From Varunaivibrio sulfuroxidans (GTDB lineage Bacteria; Pseudomonadota; Alphaproteobacteria; Rhodospirillales; Magnetovibrionaceae): 24,000 nt of DNA. Below the pieces are notes generated by a model. The model worked only from the letters and a program-made list of their open reading frames with translations. It ran no database searches and was not told the origin of the DNA. Position numbers and translations under genes: made by a program. The stretch lies in assembly GCF_029318635.1 (NCBI RefSeq), contig NZ_CP119676.1:488614-512613 (forward strand), given 5' to 3'. Of this stretch, positions 8,577-16,424 are shown piece by piece. Numbering within the stretch: the stretch's first letter is position 1; each line of letters opens with the position of its first letter.

Positions 8577-9398
8577 ATGAAAAGAGGCGACTTCATTCCA
8601 ACGCCCGGTCAACATTTATTAAATTGCGAGGACTGCGTGAGCCGTTTATTACCCGGAAACACATACGGTGTATTCCTTATCTGCCTCGTGTTGACAAGCA
8701 TCGTCCCCTGGGGAATTTCAAAAGCGCGCGCCGCCTCCACGGCTCCGACCGACAGCGTTATCATTAGCGGATCTTCGCATATTCGATTACACCAAATCGG
8801 TGCGCGCATTCTTGAAAAAATTTATGCCAAGGCCGGCATCCATTTTCAGTGGGAGGCCCTACCGACACGCCGCTCTCTGGTAGAGGCGAATGCCGGAACA
8901 TACGATGGGGAGATCGCCCGAATTCCGGGCGCCAGTTCGCAGTATTCGAACCTTATCGCCGTTCCCAGTCCAATTATGGCCATTAATGGGCGCGTCTATA
9001 CCGTTAACGTCAATCGGGATATCCAATCGTGGCAGGATTTAAAGGGGCTACACGTCGGCATCGTGCGTGGTGAATTGTATGCGGAGAGGGGCACGCAGGA
9101 TATCGAACGCACCTCTGTCAGAGACTATCGCCAGCTCTTTCAACTTTTGCTCAGCGGCAAAGCCGACGCCGTCATCGGCATCGATACGGAAGCCGATTTC
9201 AATGTAGCGAAATACTTTCCGGGAAAAGGGATCCACACGATAGGGCGCAGCGTCTTCAAGGCTCCCTTGCATCATCTCGTGCACAAAAAAAATGCATATT
9301 TGGTTCCACAATTAAATAAAATCATTCGCGCCATGATCGAAGATGGAAGCCTTGAGGCTATTTATCGCCGGGCGGCAGCGGATCTGGGGGGCAACTAA
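8577..9398 (+). CDS. Periplasmic solute-binding protein, family 3 (amino-acid/polar-ligand-binding type)
   Basis: - There is a hydrophobic signal-like segment, VFLICLVLTSIVPWGISKARAAS.
- It is followed by a two-lobe SBP_bac_3-like pattern (...YDGEIARIP..., LKGLHVGIVRG, GKADAVIG).
- The start is ambiguous: GTG 8565 (track), ATG 8577, or GTG 8637. GTG 8637 is preceded by GAGGA (8628-8632) and would give a standard-length signal peptide. Confidence 0.75.
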   Translation: MKRGDFIPTPGQHLLNCEDCVSRLLPGNTYGVFLICLVLTSIVPWGISKARAASTAPTDSVIISGSSHIRLHQIGARILEKIYAKAGIHFQWEALPTRRSLVEANAGTYDGEIARIPGASSQYSNLIAVPSPIMAINGRVYTVNVNRDIQSWQDLKGLHVGIVRGELYAERGTQDIERTSVRDYRQLFQLLLSGKADAVIGIDTEADFNVAKYFPGKGIHTIGRSVFKAPLHHLVHKKNAYLVPQLNKIIRAMIEDGSLEAIYRRAAADLGGN

Positions 9399-9416
9399 GC
9401 CGAATTCCGGGATGGT

Positions 9417-9460
9417 GGACCGTCTTCCGTCTCGGGCGACCCGGGAGACGAGGACCGTCC
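9417..9460 (+). terminator. Imperfect ~20-bp inverted repeat downstream of the solute-binding protein gene (possible T-tract-less terminator)
   Basis: GGACCGTCTTCCGTCTCGGG, loop cga, then CCCGGGAGACGAGGACCGTCC. By hand about 16 of 20 positions pair, with bulges. It begins 19 nt after the stop at 9398. No U-tract follows. Confidence 0.3.
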
Positions 9461-9771
9461 GCTCGCGCCACTCATAGCGTGCCGTCGCGCTTTACTCTAG
9501 GCGCCATAATTTTGTTTTCGCATTGCCATAGCAACGACATGATCTTTACGTAGTCTTCGAGCACTCTTGGAGTCTGAAGCGATCTTTATTCTCACCGCTC
9601 CGCGCCGTGAACGCACGGCCCGCCACGTAAAAGACCATGACGACGGACCATAACGCGGCGTGACGCCTTGTTGTTTCCTGCCGCGACGGCGGTCGACCAT
9701 GAAGTCAGTCACCTTAATTCTTGTCGGCGGCCCGTCCACACTGATGTCCATATAAATGCCCGGAGGCTTCG

Positions 9772-10884
9772 ATGCACGATCAAAAAACAAGGGAACGCAC
9801 CGTACTTGTTCTTCAAGGCGGCGGCGCTTTGGGGTCATATCAAGGGGGGGTCTACGAAGCCCTTAGCAAAAATGACTATGTCCCCGACTGGATCGCCGGA
9901 ATTTCAATCGGTGCGGTTAACGCCGCCCTAATCGCGGGCAATCCTCCCGAGCTCAGGGCCAAGCGCTTGGGCGATTTTTGGGATTTGGTCTCATCGCGAA
10001 TTCCCGCCCCCTATCTGACACCCACACAGCCCTCGCGCAACTTGTACAATAAGGCAAGCGCCGCCCTGACCACGGTACTGGGCGCTCCGGGATTTTTTGA
10101 ACCCCGATTTCCCCCCGCTTTTCCCCATTTCACGGGCGGGCCGGGTGCGCTCAGTGTCTATAAAACGGACCAACTTCGCGAAACGTTGGAAAAATATGTC
10201 GATTTTGAGAGGCTTAACTCCGGCGCTACCCGAATTAGCGTCGGGGCCGTCAATATTGAGACCGGAAATTTCACCTATTTCGATAGCGCCCGACAGTCCT
10301 TGACGCCCGAGCACATCATGGCCAGCGGAGCCTTGCCGCCGGGGTTCGCCCCCGTGGAAATCGACGGCGCATATTATTGGGATGGGGGATTGGTGTCGAA
10401 CACGCCGCTGCAGTACGTCCTCGACGAACGTCCCCGCCCCGACATGTTGATTTTTCAGGTTGACCTCTTCAGCGCCCGTGGGCCGATGCCCGATAACTTG
10501 TCCCAGGTCGCCGAAAGACAGAAGGATATCCGCTATTCCAGCCGCACCCGCCTGAATACTGATATTTTTCGCACCGAGCAATCCATACGAAGGGCGACGC
10601 ATCGTCTGCTTCACAAACTTCCCGACACCCTTAAGGATGACCCGGATGTCGCCTTGCTCCATGAGTTCAGCTGTGACGCCGCCGTAACCATCGTCCACCT
10701 GATTCATCAACGTCGGCAATATTATGCGCAATCGAAAGATTACGAATTTTCCAGGTTGTCGATCGAGGAACATTGGCAAGATGGCGTTCGCGACGTTGAG
10801 GCTACCCTTCTCCATGACGACTGGAAAAAGCGAAAAAAACCACAAAGGGGCGTCAATGTATACGATCTGGCCCGCGATTCTTAG
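9772..10884 (+). CDS. Patatin-like phospholipase family protein
   Basis: - GGAGG at 9762-9766 lies 5 nt before ATG 9772.
- Oxyanion motif LQGGGALGSYQGG, nucleophile motif GISIG (GxSxG) and a later DGG aspartate motif (YWDGGLVSNTP) are present.
- The long C-terminal extension is typical of the bacterial patatin subfamily. Confidence 0.9.
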   Translation: MHDQKTRERTVLVLQGGGALGSYQGGVYEALSKNDYVPDWIAGISIGAVNAALIAGNPPELRAKRLGDFWDLVSSRIPAPYLTPTQPSRNLYNKASAALTTVLGAPGFFEPRFPPAFPHFTGGPGALSVYKTDQLRETLEKYVDFERLNSGATRISVGAVNIETGNFTYFDSARQSLTPEHIMASGALPPGFAPVEIDGAYYWDGGLVSNTPLQYVLDERPRPDMLIFQVDLFSARGPMPDNLSQVAERQKDIRYSSRTRLNTDIFRTEQSIRRATHRLLHKLPDTLKDDPDVALLHEFSCDAAVTIVHLIHQRRQYYAQSKDYEFSRLSIEEHWQDGVRDVEATLLHDDWKKRKKPQRGVNVYDLARDS

Positions 10885-10978
10885 AGCTTGTTTTCATTCG
10901 CGCCCATAATTCTGGAGGACACGCGTCATATGGCGCGCTTTTCTCGTTAAATCGGCAGCAAGATAAATGGAGGACACA

Positions 10979-11761
10979 ATGCAACTTAAAGATAAAGTCG
11001 CCGTCATTACCGGATCGGCGCGGGGCATAGGCCAAGCGATCGCCAAACGGTACGTCCTAGAAGGCGCGCGTGTTGCGATCGCCGACCTCGACCTCGACGC
11101 CGCCCAAAAGACCGCGAAGGAATTAACCGCCCTGGGTCCGGGAAGCGCTATCGGTATCGCTATGAACGTCACCGATGAAGACGCCGTCAACGCCGGCGTC
11201 GAGAAAGTTGTCGAAACGTGGGACGGCGTTGACATCCTGGTTTCCAATGCCGGCATACAATTGGTTCATAAAATTGAAAATTTTCCCTTTGCGGAATGGA
11301 AGAAACTGCTCTCCATTCATCTCGACGGCGCGTTTCTCACCACCAAGGCATGCATCCCGCATATGTACAAGCGCGGCGGTGGCTCGGTTATCTACATGGG
11401 ATCCGTTCACTCCAAGGAAGCATCGCCCTTAAAATCGGCCTACGTCACGGCGAAACACGGGCTTCTGGGGTTGGCGCGAGTCATTTCCAAGGAAGGTGCG
11501 GCCCATGGCGTGCGCGCCAATGTTATTTGCCCCGGGTTTGTCAAAACGCCCCTGGTGGAAAAACAGATCCCCGAACAGGCAAAGGAACTCGGCGTCAGCG
11601 AGGAAGAGGTGGTGAAAAAAATCATGCTGGGCGGTACCGTGGACGGTGAATTCACCACCACCGAGGATGTCGCCGAAGTCGCCCTGCTGTTCGCCGCTTT
11701 CCCGACCAATGCTTTGACCGGTCAGTCGCTAGTCGTCAGCCACGGCTGGTTCATGGAATAA
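10979..11761 (+). CDS. bdhA: 3-hydroxybutyrate dehydrogenase (SDR family)
   Basis: - GGAGG at 10969-10973 lies 5 nt before ATG 10979. The track start at 10967 sits inside that Shine-Dalgarno.
- Cofactor motif [12 protein letters not shown] and catalytic YVTAKHG are present.
- The C-terminal [34 protein letters not shown]...[12 protein letters not shown] resembles BdhA as I remember it. Confidence 0.8.
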   Translation: MQLKDKVAVITGSARGIGQAIAKRYVLEGARVAIADLDLDAAQKTAKELTALGPGSAIGIAMNVTDEDAVNAGVEKVVETWDGVDILVSNAGIQLVHKIENFPFAEWKKLLSIHLDGAFLTTKACIPHMYKRGGGSVIYMGSVHSKEASPLKSAYVTAKHGLLGLARVISKEGAAHGVRANVICPGFVKTPLVEKQIPEQAKELGVSEEEVVKKIMLGGTVDGEFTTTEDVAEVALLFAAFPTNALTGQSLVVSHGWFME

Positions 11762-11778
11762 CCGCCATTAACAAAACC

Positions 11779-11821
11779 CCCTCGTACGCCGGAGAATTCG
11801 AAGCCCCCCGGCACACGAGGG
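11779..11821 (+). terminator. Stem-loop 18 nt downstream of the bdhA stop (possible terminator without U-tract)
   Basis: CCCTCGT (11779-11785) pairs with ACGAGGG (11815-11821). An inner GCCGG/CCGGC stem is separated from it by a 2x2 internal loop. No T-run follows. Confidence 0.35.
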
Positions 11822-11913
11822 CTTGCAAATCCACGCCATCCTTTTACCCTCCTGTCGAGTTATCGCAACACAGCTTCTGGATTTTCCGGCGGAGCGTATA
11901 AAAGGATGGCGGC

Positions 11914-14547
11914 GTGAGATTTTCTGTTTTCGGCGTAAGATTCGGCGAAAGCGGTGTCCGCTTCTCCCGAACGGGGGCGTCCAAAATTTGGGCGATCGCC
12001 CCGTCCATCGGCGTGACCGTTCTTTTCCTTCTCGGACTATATGCTCTGGATCGCCTTCTGGCGGACGTGCACTTTCGCGACGTCATGGCGCGGTTGCGCG
12101 AGGTGCCTAAACCGGTTCTCGGTCTCGCCGCCCTGTCCACCGCCGCCAGTTATCTAGCGCTGGTGGGGTATGACTGGTCGGCGTTGCGCTATCTCGGTAA
12201 AAAACTTCCCCTGGCGATTGTCGGGTTCACGTCGTTCATCGGTTTCGCCCTCGGCAACACCCTGGGAATTGGCGCCCTCTCCGGCGCCGCCGTGCGTTAT
12301 AGGCTGTATTCCAGGCTAGGTCTGGATGGCGGGGATATCGCCATTGTTTCCACCTTCTGCGCCGTCGGCTTTGGCTTTGGCATCGCCGTCGTCGGTTCGG
12401 CGGCAGTGATCGTTCATCCGCACGCCCTGGCCGCCATCCTTTCGCTCCCCCCCTTTGTCGTGCGTCTTTTTGGCATTCTTGTTCTGGGCGGGGCGCTGGG
12501 TCTGTTGTTGTATCGTAGCCGTACACACGGACGCTTCAAGGTTGGAAAGTGGTCGTTCCAGCTGCCCACCACCGCGATTTTAACGGGACAATTGGGCTTC
12601 TCCATCCTCGACATAGGTTTCGCAGGGATGACGCTGTACCTCCTATTGCCGCAAAGCGATCTTCCGTTACTCACGTTCATGGCTCTGTTTTCCTTCGCCG
12701 CGGTGGCCGGCGTCGCCAGTCATATTCCCGGAGGGATCGGTGTTTTCGAAGGCGTTCTGCTGACCGCTTTGCAGTTTTATATGCCATCGGACGCCGTCGC
12801 CGCCGCTCTGTTCGCCTATCGCATCCTTTACTACTTGGGACCGTTTCTACTTGCCCTAGGACTGTTGGCCTTGAGCGAAATTAGCGTGCACGCAGCGGCG
12901 CGCTACCCCAAAATCCAGGGCCTTACCACGATTATCAAACCGGTCGCCGGCGTCGTTCAGCAGTCGGTCCCGATCGCGGCGGCGGGAGTCTCCTTCATTT
13001 CCGGTCTTTTGCTCTTGATCGGCGGTTCGGTTCCGGCCTCCAAAAACACCCTGGAAACCCTAGAAACGGTTTTCCCCCTGGCCTTCGTCGAACTTTCCCA
13101 CCTTACCGGGAGCATTCTTGGGGTCGTGATGATCGTTCTCGCTCCGGCGTTGCTCCGCCGCGTCGGCGCCGCTTTGTGGGTGGTGATTTCGATCGTGGCG
13201 GCGGGGGCATTTCTTTCCTTGGCGCAAAATTTGGATTTTGATCGATTTGGTCTCATGGCCTTGGTGGCGGTCGCCTTGTTGTCCTGCAAGGGGGCCTTTT
13301 ACCGCCGCGCCAGGGTGTTCAGCCAATCGCTTTCCCTACCCTGGCTTCTGTTGAGCATAGCGGCCCTGTTCGGGCTTGTTTGGGTGCTGTTTTTTTCTTT
13401 TAAAACAATACCTTATAGCAATCAATTGTGGTGGGAGTTCGCGTTCAATCAGCAAGCGCCGCGCGGCCTTCGCGCCGCCGTGGCCGCGGTATCGGCTTTT
13501 CTTGTTCTGTATGTCGTCTTCGCTCTACGCCCGCCCAAGGTTCGCTCCCAGTCACCCGACGAAAGCGCCCTGAAAAAGGCGAAAGACATCGTCCGCAAAC
13601 AAAACAACGCCGACGCCAATCTGGCGTTGATCGGCGATAAAATGCTGGTTTTCTCGCCCTCCGAGGAAAGTTTTCTGATGTACGGCACTCACGGGCGCAG
13701 TTGGGTCGCTTTTGGTGAGCCTGTCGGCAATCCGGACGATGGGCCGGATTTAATTTGGTCGTTTAAAAAGCTGGCCGACGCCAATAATGGGCGCGTCGCC
13801 TTCTACCAAGTTGGCGAGGAAAATCTGGTTTGGTATATCGACGCCGGGTTTACTCTGCACAAATTGGGCGAAGAGGCACGCGTCCCACTCAAGGACTTTT
13901 CCCTGCAGGGGGCGCATCGGCGCGACTTGCGTCAAAGCCACAATAGGGCTCTTCGCGAGGAATTGACCTTTGAACTCCTCCCCCCTTCACCAAGTGAAGC
14001 GATGCTAGGTGAGATCGCCGCCATATCCGACGCCTGGCTCGAGTCGAAAAATACCCGCGAGAAAGGATTTTCGTTGGGACGGTTCAGTATCGATTACATC
14101 CGCCATTTTCCTCTGGCCATTGTCCGCGAAAAGGGCAAACTCACCGCTTTCGCCAATGTCTTCACCACCGAAACCGTCAGCATGGCGAGTGTCGATCTGA
14201 TGCGCCATTTGCCCAATATCTCACCGGCGACGATGGATTTTCTTTTTGTCGAACTGTTGCTGGCGCTTAAGGATCAGGGGTATCGGGAATTTAACCTTGG
14301 CATGGCGCCTCTGGCCGGTCTGGCCTCGCACCCGCAGGCGCGTATGTGGGACCGCTTTGGGGCCTTCGTTTATCGCCATGCCGGGCATTTTTACAATTTC
14401 AACGGGCTGCGCCGGTTCAAGCAAAAATTCGCCCCCGAATGGCGCCCCAAATACCTAGCGACACCGGGGGGGATCGACCCTCTCGTTGTCGCCGTCGATA
14501 TCGCCGCCTTGATCAGTGGGGGGCTGGTCGGCGCACTGAAGCGTTAA
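11914..14547 (+). CDS. mprF: MprF-type bifunctional aminoacyl-phosphatidylglycerol flippase/synthase
   Basis: - GTG 11914 follows AAGGA (11902-11906).
- Roughly 520 aa form a polytopic hydrophobic domain.
- The cytoplasmic C-terminal domain has the remembered LPG-synthase/DUF2156 pattern: LMYGTHGRSWVAFGEPVG...VAFYQV...WLESKNTREKGFSLGRF...DLMRH...GMAPL...FKQKFAPEWRPKYLA. Confidence 0.85.
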   Translation: MRFSVFGVRFGESGVRFSRTGASKIWAIAPSIGVTVLFLLGLYALDRLLADVHFRDVMARLREVPKPVLGLAALSTAASYLALVGYDWSALRYLGKKLPLAIVGFTSFIGFALGNTLGIGALSGAAVRYRLYSRLGLDGGDIAIVSTFCAVGFGFGIAVVGSAAVIVHPHALAAILSLPPFVVRLFGILVLGGALGLLLYRSRTHGRFKVGKWSFQLPTTAILTGQLGFSILDIGFAGMTLYLLLPQSDLPLLTFMALFSFAAVAGVASHIPGGIGVFEGVLLTALQFYMPSDAVAAALFAYRILYYLGPFLLALGLLALSEISVHAAARYPKIQGLTTIIKPVAGVVQQSVPIAAAGVSFISGLLLLIGGSVPASKNTLETLETVFPLAFVELSHLTGSILGVVMIVLAPALLRRVGAALWVVISIVAAGAFLSLAQNLDFDRFGLMALVAVALLSCKGAFYRRARVFSQSLSLPWLLLSIAALFGLVWVLFFSFKTIPYSNQLWWEFAFNQQAPRGLRAAVAAVSAFLVLYVVFALRPPKVRSQSPDESALKKAKDIVRKQNNADANLALIGDKMLVFSPSEESFLMYGTHGRSWVAFGEPVGNPDDGPDLIWSFKKLADANNGRVAFYQVGEENLVWYIDAGFTLHKLGEEARVPLKDFSLQGAHRRDLRQSHNRALREELTFELLPPSPSEAMLGEIAAISDAWLESKNTREKGFSLGRFSIDYIRHFPLAIVREKGKLTAFANVFTTETVSMASVDLMRHLPNISPATMDFLFVELLLALKDQGYREFNLGMAPLAGLASHPQARMWDRFGAFVYRHAGHFYNFNGLRRFKQKFAPEWRPKYLATPGGIDPLVVAVDIAALISGGLVGALKR

Positions 14548-14668
14548 AATATCTTGCTTCATGAGCGCCCCTCAATCGTCTGCATTTTTATTTTTAAACA
14601 ATCGTTCCAAAAACAAGGGCGATTTTCCCGATGACGCAGGGCCCCCGTTTTATGGGGTGATTTGGAAG

Positions 14669-15883
14669 ATGGGCTTGGCGGCGACGGAGACTTTGACTAT
14701 ACCACGGTCCATGCAGGATTTTGACGTCATCATCATTGGCGCGGGGGCCGCCGGCCTGATGTGCGCCATCGAGGCGAACAAGCGTGGACGCCGCGTGCTG
14801 ATCCTTGAGCGTGCGCCAAAGATAGCCGGAAAGATCCGCATTTCCGGCGGAGGACGGTCCAACTTTACCAACCTGCACGTCTCTCCCGCCAACTACCTAT
14901 CCGATAATCCGCGCTTTTGCGTTTCGGCGCTTAAACGTTATTCCCCGCATGATTTCATCGCCTTGGTGAAGAAGCACCACATCGCGTATCACGAACGTGA
15001 ACACGGGCAACTGTTCTGCGATGAGAGCGCCCAACAGATCATCGACATGCTGTTGGACGAGGCGCGCGGCATAACCCTACGCACGGCGACAACCGTGACC
15101 CACGTCGCAAGGAGCGCCCGGGGTTTTACCGTGGCGACGGATCGCGGCACTTTTAACGCCCCGGCCCTGGTCGTCGCCACCGGCGGGCCGTCGATTCCGA
15201 AGATGGGTTCGAGCGGCTTTGGCTACGACCTCGCCCGCCAGTTCGCCCTCAAGGTGATTGAGCCGCGCCCGGGACTGGTGCCGCTGACCTTCGACGCCGA
15301 TACCCTGGGCAAGCTTGACGGGCTAGCGGGCATTTCCTTGGAGGCGACCGTCACACTCGGCAAGACACGGTTCACGGAGGCCCTCCTTTTCACCCACCGG
15401 GGCGTGAGCGGCCCGGTTATTTTGCAGATATCCTCCTACTGGCGCGAAGGCGACATCCTCACCATAGATTTGCTGCCCGGCGTCAAGGTGTTCAAGCGCC
15501 TGAAAGAAACCAAAGAAACCGCGCCCAAAAAAGACGTGCGCACGGCGCTGGCGCACCTCCTGCCCAAGCGTCTGGCGCACAGGATGGCCGAATGGGCGCG
15601 CGTCGGCGGTCGTCTGGCCGAGACCCCGGACAAAGACCTGCGCCGTCTCGCGGAGCACATCAATGCCTGGCGTCTTCGCCCCAGGGGGTCGGAAGGTCTA
15701 CGCACCGCCGAGGTCACCGTGGGTGGCGTCGATACCCGGCAATTGTCATCGCAAACCATGGAGGTCAAATCGGTCCCCGGCCTGTACTTCATCGGCGAGG
15801 TCGTCGATGTCACCGGGCACTTGGGCGGATTTAACTTCCAATGGGCGTGGGCATCCGGGGCGGCGTGCGGAAAAGCGGTGTAA
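14669..15883 (+). CDS. HI0933/YhiN-family NAD(FAD)-utilising flavoprotein
   Basis: - FAD fingerprint DVIIIGAGAAGLMCA, then ISGGGRSNFTN.
- C-terminal FIGEVVDVTGHLGGFNFQWAWASG.
- Start unresolved: ATG 14561 (track maximum), ATG 14669, or ATG 14711 (MQDFDVIIIG, the length typical of this family). None has a good Shine-Dalgarno. Confidence 0.8.
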   Translation: MGLAATETLTIPRSMQDFDVIIIGAGAAGLMCAIEANKRGRRVLILERAPKIAGKIRISGGGRSNFTNLHVSPANYLSDNPRFCVSALKRYSPHDFIALVKKHHIAYHEREHGQLFCDESAQQIIDMLLDEARGITLRTATTVTHVARSARGFTVATDRGTFNAPALVVATGGPSIPKMGSSGFGYDLARQFALKVIEPRPGLVPLTFDADTLGKLDGLAGISLEATVTLGKTRFTEALLFTHRGVSGPVILQISSYWREGDILTIDLLPGVKVFKRLKETKETAPKKDVRTALAHLLPKRLAHRMAEWARVGGRLAETPDKDLRRLAEHINAWRLRPRGSEGLRTAEVTVGGVDTRQLSSQTMEVKSVPGLYFIGEVVDVTGHLGGFNFQWAWASGAACGKAV

Positions 15884-15906
15884 AACGCCCCCCTGGAGAC
15901 ACATAC

Positions 15907-15932
15907 CGGGAGACCTGGCCAGGAGACCCGGC
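15907..15932. repeat. 13-nt tandem direct repeat (two copies, 11/13 identical), with a weaker third GGAGAC copy upstream at 15895-15900
   Basis: CGGGAGACCTGGC (15907-15919) is followed directly by CAGGAGACCCGGC (15920-15932). The junction forms the palindrome CCTGGCCAGG. Confidence 0.8.
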
Positions 15933-16003
15933 ATCCAGGATACATGAGAACGATTCGCATATTTTTCTTGAATAATATCCATAAAAAATATATGCATAAT
16001 TAT

Positions 16004-16018
16004 TGAGAATAGTTATTA
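16004..16018 (+). promoter_or_regulatory. Fur-box-like operator in an AT-rich island upstream of feoA
   Basis: TGAGAATAGTTATTA matches the 7-1-7 Fur motif TGATAATnATTATCA at 11 of 14 defined positions. It sits 35 nt upstream of the feoA start, inside an ~80-bp AT-rich block (about 15950-16030) in otherwise GC-rich DNA. Confidence 0.4.
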
Positions 16019-16052
16019 ACAACAAATCCTGATTGAGAGTCTGGAGATCGGC

Positions 16053-16424
16053 GTGAATCATAGCGGTGAACATATCGGCCAAACGGCCACGGGGAACGCT
16101 ATAAGCGCGTCCGTGGACGAGGCCAAGACCAAGGCCTTTCCCCTCGCCCTCGCCCGCGGCGGCGAACGGCTGCGTATCGCCGCCTTCAAAACCGGCAAAG
16201 GATTGGGCAAGCGGCTCGGCGATCTCGGCCTGCACAAGGGGTCTGTCATCGACGTCGTCCTTCACCAGAGGAACGGTTCCGTCGTCGTATCGGACGGTAA
16301 CAACAGGGTCGCCCTGGGCGCCGGGGCGGCGCAAATGATCATCGTCATGCTCTGCCCCGGAAAATCGGGTGATAATCATATCGCGACAGGCGAAAAGTCA
16401 CCCGGGGAAACGACGACACCATGA
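16053..16424 (+). CDS. feoA: Ferrous iron transport protein FeoA (with N- and C-terminal extensions)
   Basis: - GGAGA at 16043-16047 lies 5 nt before GTG 16053.
- The SH3-like FeoA core is LARGGERLRIAAFKTGKGLGKRLGDLGLHKGSVIDVVLHQRNGSVVVSDGNNRVALGAGAAQMIIV.
- Its TGA overlaps the feoB ATG (ATGA at 16421-16424). Confidence 0.85.
   Translation: MNHSGEHIGQTATGNAISASVDEAKTKAFPLALARGGERLRIAAFKTGKGLGKRLGDLGLHKGSVIDVVLHQRNGSVVVSDGNNRVALGAGAAQMIIVMLCPGKSGDNHIATGEKSPGETTTP

Noticed and set aside
9497-9838. 113-aa minus-strand ORF in the gap upstream of the patatin gene. I considered it as a possible transposase or integrase remnant.
   Set aside because: It is Arg-rich with no recognisable motif. It overlaps the patatin start codon and RBS. 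Translating the other two minus frames by hand gave nothing resembling a mobile-element protein.
15436-16379. Minus-strand ORFs 15436-15960 and 15831-16379, spanning the end of the flavoprotein gene, the AT-rich island and feoA.
   Set aside because: Both are antisense to well-supported genes and run across the promoter/operator island. Their composition is typical of off-frame GC-rich translation.
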